From Candidatus Nomurabacteria bacterium (GTDB taxonomy: Bacteria; Patescibacteriota; Minisyncoccia; Phycocordibacterales; UBA918): a stretch of DNA of 64,000 nt. Position numbers and translations under genes: made by a program. Under the pieces are notes generated by a model. That model ran no database searches. It saw only the letters and a program-made list of their open reading frames with translations, and had not been told where the DNA came from. Shown here one piece after another: positions 18,401 through 26,674 of this stretch; positions within the stretch are counted from its first letter, which is position 1, and the number at the start of each line of letters is the position of its first letter. The stretch is taken from contig CP060227.1 in assembly GCA_023898525.1 (NCBI GenBank), positions 301,634-365,633 of the forward strand, in the 5' to 3' direction.

Positions 18401-21400
18401 ATGTCTGACATACCATCAACCTCATCCTCTGACTTCATCCATCTCCACGTCCATTCGCACTATTCCCTCCTAAACGCCCTCCCTACCCCAAGTGAATTAG
18501 CTAAAGCCGCCAAAGCCGACGGACAAGACGCCCTTGCTATCACTGACGCTGGCGCCATGTACGGGATCATTGATTTTTATAAAGCTTGTACCAAAGAAGG
18601 GATCAAACCCATTCTCGGACTAGATGCCTATTTGGCGCCCCGCACCCGTCACGACAAAGAACCTCGGATCGACAAACCCCGCTCCCGCCTAGTCCTACTA
18701 GCTAAAACTTTCTCTGGCTATCAAAATATGATCAAAATGGTCACCCTCTCTAACACCGAAGGTTTCTACTACAAACCCCGCCTGGATGAAGAACTTCTAA
18801 CCGAAGGACACGAAGACTTAATCTGCATCATCCCCTCTTTTGCCGGAGAAGTAGCCCAAGCTCTCAAAGACGGTGACGATGAGCTAGCCGGACAAAGATT
18901 GGATTTTTATAAAAACCTATTTGGCGACGACTGCTACCTTGAAATCACCCACCATCCGGAAATCCTAGACCACGAAGCTAATCAGCAAAAAATTATCGAA
19001 CTAGCTAGAAAGACTAATACTAAGCTGGTAGCCGCTCACGATGTCTATTATCTAAAACCAGAAGACCGTCTCGCTCGCGAAACGATGGTTAAGATTCAAA
19101 GCGGCGGCGTAGTTGATACCACCGCCGATGATAGTGACGAGAACTTTTCTTTCATTACCCAAGCTGATGCCAAAGAACTTTTCAAAGACACTCCGGATGC
19201 TATCGAGAACACCGTAAAGATTGCCAACCAGTGTCATATTGAAATAGAAATTGGTACTCACTGGTACTTCCCTAACTACATTATTGAAAGTGGTAAGACT
19301 CCCGACGACGAACTCAAAGACATGTCATACAAAGGTGTTGCCTGGCGCGGTATGTCACTTGATGACAAAGTGGTGAGAGAACGTCTTGATTATGAACTGG
19401 ACGTTATCAAAACCAAAGGTTACGCCACCTACTTTTTGGCCGTGGGAGACCTGCTTCGCGAAGCGCGTGAGCGTGGTATCCTGACCACCATTCGAGGTTC
19501 GGTGGCGGGCTCACTCACTACTTACGTACTTGGTATTACAAACGTAGATCCTCTTGAATACAAACTCCCTTTTGAACGTTTCCTAAACCCACAAAGACCT
19601 TCGGCACCTGATATCGATATGGATTACGCTGATAATCGTCGCGATGAGATTATTGAATATTCTAAGGAAAAATATGGTGCCGATAAAGTAGCGCAAATCG
19701 GTACCTTCGGAACCATGGCCGCTCGCGCGGCAGTACGAGACGTAGCTCGTGCCCTTGGTCACCCTTATGCTACCGGAGACAAGATTGCCAAGCTGATACC
19801 AATGGGTAGCCAAGGTTTTCCAATGACTATCAAGAAGGCTCTAGAAATCGAACCAGACTTGGCAGATTTGTATAAAAAAGATAGCGAAGCTCGTGAAGTC
19901 TTGGACTTAGCCAAACAGATCGAAGGTCGAGTCCGTCACCTTGGTGTACACGCCGCTGGCGTCGTGATTGCTCCCGAGCCACTTGATCGCTTTGTTCCTA
20001 TCCAACCCGACCCCAAATCTGGAAAATATATCACTCAATACGAAATGAAAAGCGTTGGTGAAGATGGTGTAGGACTTTTGAAGTTTGACTTCCTTGGTAT
20101 CAAAAACCTAGCCATTTTGGCGGACGCGGTGAAGCGCACCAAAGCCATTAGGGGTGTGGATGTCGATATAGAAAACATTCCTCTAGATGACCCAAAGACT
20201 TTTGAAATCTTAGCCAAGGGCGAGACGATGGGTCTTTTCCAGCTCAATGGTTCTGGCATGACGGCTTTTCTTAAGCAACTAAAGCCAACTACTATTCACG
20301 ACATCAATGCGATGGTGGCCCTTTATCGTCCTGGTCCGATGGAGTCTATTCCTCAGTATATTGAACGCAAACACAACCCTGGACTAGTAACCTATCTCGA
20401 CCCTCGCCTTGAACCAATTCTCGACCTGTCTTACGGAGTCATCACCTACCAGGACGACGTGATGGCGATTGCCCGTGAACTAGCTGGCTATAGCTGGCTT
20501 GAAGCCGATATGCTTCGAAAAGCGATGGGAAAGAAAATTCCCGAAGTAATGGCCGCGGAGAAAGATAAGCTACTAAGCGGTTTTGTTGAACACGGCAAAT
20601 TATCCAGCAAAATCGCAGACAAGCTCTGGGCTCTAATTGAACCTTTTGCTGCTTACGGATTCAACAAAGCTCACGCAGCGAGCTACGGACGCGTTGCTTA
20701 CCAGACTGCTTACATGAAAGCCAACTTCCCAGTGGAGTATATGTCCGCAGTTCTCACCGCCGATTCTGGCGACACCGAAAAAATCTCAGAAATTATTCGG
20801 GAGTGTGAACGCATGGGTATCGAAGTACTACCACCAGATATCAATGAATCTTTCTCAGACTTCACCGTAGTATCCGGCAAGCAAACTATTCGCTTTGGAT
20901 TAACTACCATCAAAAACTTTGGTGAAGGTATTGCCGACGCCATTATTAAAGAAAGAAAAGATAACGGACTCTTCACTTCACTTAGTGATTTTCTGTCACG
21001 CATCCATGACCGCAACCTCAACAAAAAGTCTCTTGAAGCTCTCATCATGACCGGAGCTTTAGATAAGTTTGGCGAACGTGGACAAATGAATGCCAATATC
21101 GAAATGATGCTCACCTTCAACAAAGAACGAGTGGCCGAAAAAGAATCGGCTCAAGAATCGCTCTTTAACCTCATGAGTGACAGCAGTAGCAGCACTCTCA
21201 CTCTGGCTCCCGCGGAAGAAGCTCCAACCATACAAAAGCTTAACTGGGAGAAAGAACTACTAGGCGTATATGTATCTGGCCACCCGCTAGCCGAACACCA
21301 AGCCGAACTAGATAAACGCCCGTCAATTAAACAGATAAAGGAAGAAGGTAGGAATGGTGTAACAGTTGTAACTGCCGGGATGGTAAGTAGCGTCAAAGAA

Positions 21401-21634
21401 CTCCTAACCAAAAAAGGCGATCGCATGGCCTTTGTTACTCTTGAGAATCAAACCGACCAAATCGAAATGGTTGTCTTCCCCAAAACCTACACCGACCTTA
21501 AAGAAATTTTAATTGCCGGTAGCTGTATCGCTATTAAAGGTAAACTCACGATTCGTAACGATGAACCAAGTATTGCGGTTGATAAGGCGAAGCTGCTTTC
21601 GGGAAAACCTAAAGAACAAACTACTTCAGAATAA
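18401..21634 (+). CDS. dnaE: DNA polymerase III alpha subunit
   Basis: N-terminal PHP domain (HLHVHSHYSLL), a polymerase core with the finger/palm region and a C-terminal OB fold. 1077 aa. Confidence 0.95.
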   Translation: MSDIPSTSSSDFIHLHVHSHYSLLNALPTPSELAKAAKADGQDALAITDAGAMYGIIDFYKACTKEGIKPILGLDAYLAPRTRHDKEPRIDKPRSRLVLLAKTFSGYQNMIKMVTLSNTEGFYYKPRLDEELLTEGHEDLICIIPSFAGEVAQALKDGDDELAGQRLDFYKNLFGDDCYLEITHHPEILDHEANQQKIIELARKTNTKLVAAHDVYYLKPEDRLARETMVKIQSGGVVDTTADDSDENFSFITQADAKELFKDTPDAIENTVKIANQCHIEIEIGTHWYFPNYIIESGKTPDDELKDMSYKGVAWRGMSLDDKVVRERLDYELDVIKTKGYATYFLAVGDLLREARERGILTTIRGSVAGSLTTYVLGITNVDPLEYKLPFERFLNPQRPSAPDIDMDYADNRRDEIIEYSKEKYGADKVAQIGTFGTMAARAAVRDVARALGHPYATGDKIAKLIPMGSQGFPMTIKKALEIEPDLADLYKKDSEAREVLDLAKQIEGRVRHLGVHAAGVVIAPEPLDRFVPIQPDPKSGKYITQYEMKSVGEDGVGLLKFDFLGIKNLAILADAVKRTKAIRGVDVDIENIPLDDPKTFEILAKGETMGLFQLNGSGMTAFLKQLKPTTIHDINAMVALYRPGPMESIPQYIERKHNPGLVTYLDPRLEPILDLSYGVITYQDDVMAIARELAGYSWLEADMLRKAMGKKIPEVMAAEKDKLLSGFVEHGKLSSKIADKLWALIEPFAAYGFNKAHAASYGRVAYQTAYMKANFPVEYMSAVLTADSGDTEKISEIIRECERMGIEVLPPDINESFSDFTVVSGKQTIRFGLTTIKNFGEGIADAIIKERKDNGLFTSLSDFLSRIHDRNLNKKSLEALIMTGALDKFGERGQMNANIEMMLTFNKERVAEKESAQESLFNLMSDSSSSTLTLAPAEEAPTIQKLNWEKELLGVYVSGHPLAEHQAELDKRPSIKQIKEEGRNGVTVVTAGMVSSVKELLTKKGDRMAFVTLENQTDQIEMVVFPKTYTDLKEILIAGSCIAIKGKLTIRNDEPSIAVDKAKLLSGKPKEQTTSE

Positions 21635-21642
21635 ACAATAAA

Positions 21643-21680
21643 ACACGCGGAGACTAGACAAAGTTCCGCGTGTGTTTTTA
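21643..21680 (+). terminator. Rho-independent terminator after dnaE
   Basis: acacgcgga...tccgcgtgt stem followed by ttttta. Confidence 0.6.
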
Positions 21681-21698
21681 TTTCAAAAAATATCAGTA

Positions 21699-22292
21699 TC
21701 AGTATATAGATATTAAAAAATCTATTACCACTACATGTAATTGAGTAATAATCTCAGGCACATAAGATACCACAATCGAAGCTGGTAACATACCTACAGC
21801 AGTAGCAGTAATATATAGCTTTAACCTCATGTTAGAAAAAGTTCCTAACGCATAACTCAATATTCCAACCGGGATGAACATTCTCAAAACCAAAACAATA
21901 GTGAAAAATGTCTTTTCTCCATATCTTTTTTCATATTCTTCCAACTTTCTAAAAGGATATATCCTTTTAAGAAAAAGATTTCCGTAATATTTTTGAGCTA
22001 TCAAAAAAGTAATAACAGCACCAACCGTCCAAGAAAAAATACTTAACAGGACCGTCGTAAAACTACCCCAGATAACCACTCCAATTGGAACAAAAGTTAT
22101 CGCTGGTATCGGTATTATTAGTATGGAAATTATACCAATCAACACATAGATAATCATGCTGATAAAACCGTAATCCAAGTGCGTAATTATATCCATCCGA
22201 TACTTATTTGCTAATACCGAAACGATAATAAAAATTATTGGTATAATGACAAGACTCACGAACAGATCCTTTCTTCTTTCATTTTCAATCAT
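21699..22292 (-). CDS. DedA/TVP38-family membrane protein
   Basis: The multi-TM region FVPIGVVIWGSFTTVLLSIFSWTVGAVITFLIAQKYYG resembles the DedA/SNARE-associated domain. Confidence 0.6.
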   Translation of the reverse strand: MIENERRKDLFVSLVIIPIIFIIVSVLANKYRMDIITHLDYGFISMIIYVLIGIISILIIPIPAITFVPIGVVIWGSFTTVLLSIFSWTVGAVITFLIAQKYYGNLFLKRIYPFRKLEEYEKRYGEKTFFTIVLVLRMFIPVGILSYALGTFSNMRLKLYITATAVGMLPASIVVSYVPEIITQLHVVVIDFLISIY

Positions 22293-22406
22293 TTTTTAAG
22301 AACCTTTTTAGTTAATCAATCTACATACTTTATAAGATAATTTGTACTTTTAGGCAAATAAAATTTTATTATGTAAATATATTTATTTTTCTATATAATA
22401 TATTTT

Positions 22407-22901
22407 ATGGTTAGAAAAAAGATACTTATTTGGACATTGTTAATACTTACAGTAGCAGGACTGTTACTTGCCTATTTATTTGAAAATAATAATCACAATA
22501 AATACGTTGAGGTTAACTCAATAACCGAAAGACTTGGAACTGAATATAAAATTTTACATGAAATTATTGAACCAGACGAAAGACTAGGAAGACACGAAAA
22601 AAATGTTATATCTGATTTATATCACAAGAACGAAGGATGGTTACTTCGAAATAAAACAACTTATTGTTCTAATAGACTAATTGATGATATAGATAAGATT
22701 TCGACCAAATCTGGAATTTATAAATACACAGGAAACCCAGACGGTAATCAACTTACAATGGATGTTGAAAAATTTAAAAAACACCTTATTTCACTGAATG
22801 AGTTATGTGTAAACGAAACCGAATTCAATGGAGAGAAAGCTCTTGAAGCAACTTTGTTTATAAGTCCAGAACATAAAATTTGGAAAAAAGTAAAATACTA
22901 A
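22407..22901 (+). CDS. Hypothetical membrane-anchored/secreted protein
   Basis: 164 aa with an N-terminal TM/signal helix, AT-rich, no recognisable domain. Confidence 0.4.
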   Translation: MVRKKILIWTLLILTVAGLLLAYLFENNNHNKYVEVNSITERLGTEYKILHEIIEPDERLGRHEKNVISDLYHKNEGWLLRNKTTYCSNRLIDDIDKISTKSGIYKYTGNPDGNQLTMDVEKFKKHLISLNELCVNETEFNGEKALEATLFISPEHKIWKKVKY

Positions 22902-22902
22902 A

Positions 22903-22970
22903 TTTGACATTTTATTTCCTAGCGTTAGCATTAGAATATATACATAGACAGAGATTGTGGCAGCTACCAA
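22903..22970 (+). repeat. Repeated intergenic element, copy 1 (~65 bp)
   Basis: tttgacattttatttcctagcgttag...atatatacatagacagagattgtggcagctaccaa is ~85% identical to copy 2. It contains a TTGACA -35-like hexamer and the near-palindrome cctagcgttagg. Confidence 0.6.
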
Positions 22971-23176
22971 ACACAAGCATAAGATAGTTGTATACAAAGA
23001 CAGTACTTTAGCACTTAAGTCAAAAAATAAATTCGCTAATTATTTTGTTTTATAAAAAATGGTGATACCTACCTCTGCCCAAGTTAAAGTTGCTTTTTCT
23101 TAAAAATGTGTTACTCTTCAAATAGAGTCGAACTAAGTTTTTTAGTTGAAGAGACTACCAATATTCTTAAACAAAA

Positions 23177-23695
23177 TTGGAGATAAAAATGAAAATGATA
23201 TTAGTTACAGATCATGAAAATGTATCCTGTAAAAAATACCACATCGATAAATTTAAGCGCAGCTCCAAAACTTATGAAGAAGTCATTAAACAAGAACTCA
23301 GCATAGAAGAGTCTCTTAACCTTAACGAAGGGGATTTAGTTATAATACCAAGGCGGATTGCCTATTATGACTACCCTATAACAAGCAGTCTTAAAAAAAC
23401 CGTTGAAGAAGGCGCTGTATTATTATGGCATACTAGTAACATAAATTATTATCCCAATGAACTTAATGAAGTAAAATTATGTTGCCAAGAGCAACTTGTC
23501 AGACATTTTACAGAGAGTTGGATTAATTACAAGGTTTCAGTCTATTCACGTGGATATTCTTCTCATGGCAAGAACTTGTTTAAGTATATTAAACACAAGA
23601 AAATAAACCTTGAGAAAATGACCGCAACAGACTTTAGGGATTTGATAGGAGCTCTATCTAAAACCTGGATTGAAGGACTTGAATGGATTAGGTAA
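23177..23695 (+). CDS. Hypothetical cytoplasmic protein
   Basis: 172 aa, no recognisable domain, followed by a clean terminator. Confidence 0.4.
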   Translation: MEIKMKMILVTDHENVSCKKYHIDKFKRSSKTYEEVIKQELSIEESLNLNEGDLVIIPRRIAYYDYPITSSLKKTVEEGAVLLWHTSNINYYPNELNEVKLCCQEQLVRHFTESWINYKVSVYSRGYSSHGKNLFKYIKHKKINLEKMTATDFRDLIGALSKTWIEGLEWIR

Positions 23696-23701
23696 CAAAT
23701 C

Positions 23702-23735
23702 AGCCTCACAAAACAAATGTGAGGCTTTATTTTTT
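23702..23735 (+). terminator. Rho-independent terminator
   Basis: agcctcaca...tgtgaggct stem followed by ttattttttt. Confidence 0.6.
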
Positions 23736-23778
23736 ACTTACATAATCCAAAATACTATATATTTTGTACGCAAATTTA

Positions 23779-23839
23779 TTTGACAATTTATTTCCTAGCG
23801 TTAGGATATATACAAACCAGAGATTGTGGTGGCTACCAA
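23779..23839 (+). repeat. Repeated intergenic element, copy 2
   Basis: tttgacaatttatttcctagcgttaggatatatacaaaccagagattgtggtggctaccaa. It lies upstream of the thrS leader and is the probable promoter (TTGACA ... gatatat). Confidence 0.6.
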
Positions 23840-23904
23840 CCATCGAGATGAATTTGATTTAAAATTTATCTGTACAAAGATTTTGTACCTAATCTGAAAT
23901 TGGA

Positions 23905-24032
23905 GTGTTGGGCGGGGAAAATTTTTAAGCTTAAAAATTTTCCCCGCCCGGAAGCTCGGTGGAACCGCGGTTTATAAAATCGTCCGAGTGAATATATGAA
24001 ATTTTTTCGTGTATTCACTTGGGCGATTTTTT
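23905..24032 (+). promoter_or_regulatory. T-box-like riboswitch leader upstream of thrS
   Basis: A perfect 17-bp hairpin (gggcggggaaaattttt / aaaaattttccccgccc) is followed by gctcGGTGGaACCGCGG, which matches the conserved T-box sequence AGGGUGGNACCGCG. A terminator hairpin (ccgagtgaata / tattcacttgg plus T6) follows, and its 5' arm can pair alternatively with gctcgg as an antiterminator. Confidence 0.5.
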
Positions 24033-24180
24033 AAATGAACAAATGAGCGTAGCGACTATTGTGAATTTACTTCCCAATTTGCTTATTCCTAAAGCAAATC
24101 GCTGGAAGAACAAACTCGAACCATCAACGAACACATTAAAGATAAAACATCTAACATTATTACTAAATAAAATTTTCTCT

Positions 24181-25938
24181 ATGGAACAAAAACTCGAATA
24201 CAAACGACACACTCTCGCTCATCTTTTGGCGGCGGCAGTACTCGAAAAATACCCACACGCTAAGCTTACTTTAGGTCCTGCCATCGATACCGGTTTCTAC
24301 TACGACATCGATTTTTCGGATGGTAACGCTCCCGGTGACAATGACCTTAAGGGATTACAAAAAGACATGAAAAAACTTCTAAACAAGTGGACTGAATTTA
24401 CCCACGAAGAAGTTGGTCCTGACAAAGCCCGTGAAGTCTTTGCCGGTAATCAATTTAAACTAGAGTTAATAGACGAAATTGAAGGTCGTGGAGAAAAAAT
24501 TACTCTCTATACTTGCGGTGGTTTTACTGATCTTTGTCGTGGTGGTCACAGCAAAAATCCTAAGGAAGAAATCAACACTGACGCTTTTAAATTAGACAAA
24601 ATTGCTGGCGCCTACTGGCGAGGTGACGAGAAAAACCCGATGCTTACCCGTATCTATGGTGTGGCTTTTGATACCAAGGAAGAATTAGAAGCCTATGAAA
24701 AACTACAAGAAGAGGCTAAAGCGCGCGATCACCGCAAGCTTGGTAAAGAACTTGATCTCTTTACCTTCTCTGATCTAGTTGGTCCTGGTCTACCCCTTTT
24801 CACCCCTAAGGGTACTTTGATGCGTGACCTAATTGTAGATAGGATTATGAAAATACAAGCTCGCTACGGTTATGAAAAAGTAACTATTCCTCATATTACT
24901 AAAAGTGACTTATACAAGACTTCCGGTCACTGGGATAAGTTTGGCGATGAACTGTTTAAAGTTAAAGGCCAATCAGACGCTGAGTTTGTTTTAAAACCAA
25001 TGAACTGTCCGCACCATACCCAAATCTTTGATAGTCGCCCACGTTCATATAAAGAGCTACCAATTCGTTACGCCGAAACCACTATGGTCTATCGCGACGA
25101 ACAACAAGGTGAACTACTTGGACTATCTCGAGTACGCAGCATTACCCAAGACGATGGTCATGTTTTCTGTACCGTTGATCAAATTGAACAAGAGGTGGAA
25201 AATATTGTTGGCGTAATTAAAGAATTTTACCAAGCTCTTGGTATGTATAAAGACGGAAATTTTTGGGTCTCCCTTTCGGTTCGTGATTCAAAAAACCTAG
25301 ACAAATACTTAGGTAGTCAAGAAATCTGGAACAAAGCCGAAAACACTTTGGAAGAAGTAGCTAAAAAGCTGGACTTACCATACAAACGTATTGAAGGAGA
25401 AGCGGCTTTTTATGGACCAAAGTTAGACTTCATGTTCTTTGATGCGATTGGTCGCGAGCGTCAGTTAGCTACCGCCCAACTCGACTTCATCATGCCGGAA
25501 CGCTTCGGACTTACTTATACTGACAAAGATGGTTCCAAGAAAACTCCGGTTATGATTCACCGCGCTATCGCCGGCTCACTAGAACGCTTCATGGCCATCA
25601 TGATCGAACACTTTGCCGGTGCTTTCCCGCTTTGGCTATCTCCGGAACAACTACGTATTATTCCAGTTAATGAGGTACATCTTGAATATGCCAATAAAGT
25701 CTACACTGAACTTAAAGCCGTCGGTCTACGTGTTACCCTCGACGACAGTAACGAATCCATGGGCAAGAAAATCAGAAATGCCAAGAAAGAAAAACTTCCT
25801 TACTTCGCTGTCATTGGCGACAAGGAAGTAGCCGCTAAAAACGTCACCTTAGAATCGCGCGAAGGAGAATCAGTACAAGTTGATTTAAGTAAGCTGGCCA
25901 ATCACCTTTTGACAGAGGCTGACATGCCTGATTATTAA
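24181..25938 (+). CDS. thrS: Threonyl-tRNA synthetase (lacks the N-terminal TGS/N1 domain)
   Basis: The N2 editing-domain start is HTLAHLLAAAVLEKYPHAKLTLGPAIDTGFYYD. Class II motifs are present (HRKLGKELDLF, FVLKPMNCPHH, GFGLERL-like). The ORF is open from 24019; an alternative in-frame ATG at 24043 cannot be excluded. Confidence 0.85.
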   Translation: MEQKLEYKRHTLAHLLAAAVLEKYPHAKLTLGPAIDTGFYYDIDFSDGNAPGDNDLKGLQKDMKKLLNKWTEFTHEEVGPDKAREVFAGNQFKLELIDEIEGRGEKITLYTCGGFTDLCRGGHSKNPKEEINTDAFKLDKIAGAYWRGDEKNPMLTRIYGVAFDTKEELEAYEKLQEEAKARDHRKLGKELDLFTFSDLVGPGLPLFTPKGTLMRDLIVDRIMKIQARYGYEKVTIPHITKSDLYKTSGHWDKFGDELFKVKGQSDAEFVLKPMNCPHHTQIFDSRPRSYKELPIRYAETTMVYRDEQQGELLGLSRVRSITQDDGHVFCTVDQIEQEVENIVGVIKEFYQALGMYKDGNFWVSLSVRDSKNLDKYLGSQEIWNKAENTLEEVAKKLDLPYKRIEGEAAFYGPKLDFMFFDAIGRERQLATAQLDFIMPERFGLTYTDKDGSKKTPVMIHRAIAGSLERFMAIMIEHFAGAFPLWLSPEQLRIIPVNEVHLEYANKVYTELKAVGLRVTLDDSNESMGKKIRNAKKEKLPYFAVIGDKEVAAKNVTLESREGESVQVDLSKLANHLLTEADMPDY

Positions 25939-25951
25939 AAAATATAAAACA

Positions 25952-25985
25952 AAAACCGCGCGCCAAGGGCGTGCGGTTTTTTACT
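25952..25985. terminator. Bidirectional terminator, copy A
   Basis: aaaaaccgcgcgcc aagg gcgtgcggttttt. Confidence 0.6.
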
Positions 25986-25996
25986 TTATTACTTAC

Positions 25997-26626
25997 CTAC
26001 ATATATTTCCTTCTCCATAAAAGCATAATATATAAACTGGTATTCCCTACAGTTTGTACTAGTACATAGGTGACTGTAAGTAGATTATACTCAGTTAATG
26101 AAATGATAACGAGTATTGCAGCTATTGCCATAATTAACCAAAATGAAGCAGTTTCACTATAAGGTTCTGTGTATGATTTTCTAAAAGTTGGGACATAACT
26201 CAATGCCTCAATAAAAGAAACTGTTAGCACTGCAAGTGACGGGTTGTCTAACTGCCACCAAAAGATAATTGCCAATAAAGCAAAAAAGAGAATTATTGTG
26301 TCACTCTTTGTTATATTCTTGGTACCGTATTTTAGAGACAATATAAGAATTAGTGCCATTAAACTTGTACCTATAATTAGTACCGTACTTCCAAAAACAC
26401 CTCCTCCTCCGTTTATTAACGCTACTAAGGCTGTTGCTTGTGTGATTATTACAATAAGCCAAGTATACAAATGGGGTTGAGTATTCTTTTGTAGAATATC
26501 TTTAATATAAGGTGCAAATCCTATGATCACTAGTATAGAAGCTACAACTGAAGCTGCTAATTTTATATCTACGTTCTCAAACATAATTAAATAATAACAC
26601 TGAATTTTCAAAATTAAGTATGACAA
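25997..26626 (-). CDS. Polytopic membrane protein (6 predicted TM), unknown function
   Basis: Hydrophobic helices throughout. The start may be MFENVDIK (26584). Confidence 0.5.
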   Translation of the reverse strand: MSYLILKIQCYYLIMFENVDIKLAASVVASILVIIGFAPYIKDILQKNTQPHLYTWLIVIITQATALVALINGGGGVFGSTVLIIGTSLMALILILSLKYGTKNITKSDTIILFFALLAIIFWWQLDNPSLAVLTVSFIEALSYVPTFRKSYTEPYSETASFWLIMAIAAILVIISLTEYNLLTVTYVLVQTVGNTSLYIMLLWRRKYM

Positions 26627-26660
26627 AAACCGCGCGCCAAGGGCGTGCGGTTTTTGTTTT
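26624..26660. terminator. Bidirectional terminator, copy B (identical 31-bp core to copy A)
   Basis: The same aaaaaccgcgcgccaagggcgtgcggttttt sequence. Confidence 0.6.
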
Positions 26661-26674
26661 TATTTATTATTTAA

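Noticed and set aside
19052-21426. Multiple antisense ORFs inside dnaE (19052..19261, 19583..19813, 20035..20259, 20710..21123, 21151..21426)
   Set aside because: They are opposite-strand ORFs within a conserved essential gene, and their low-complexity translations are typical of spurious frames.
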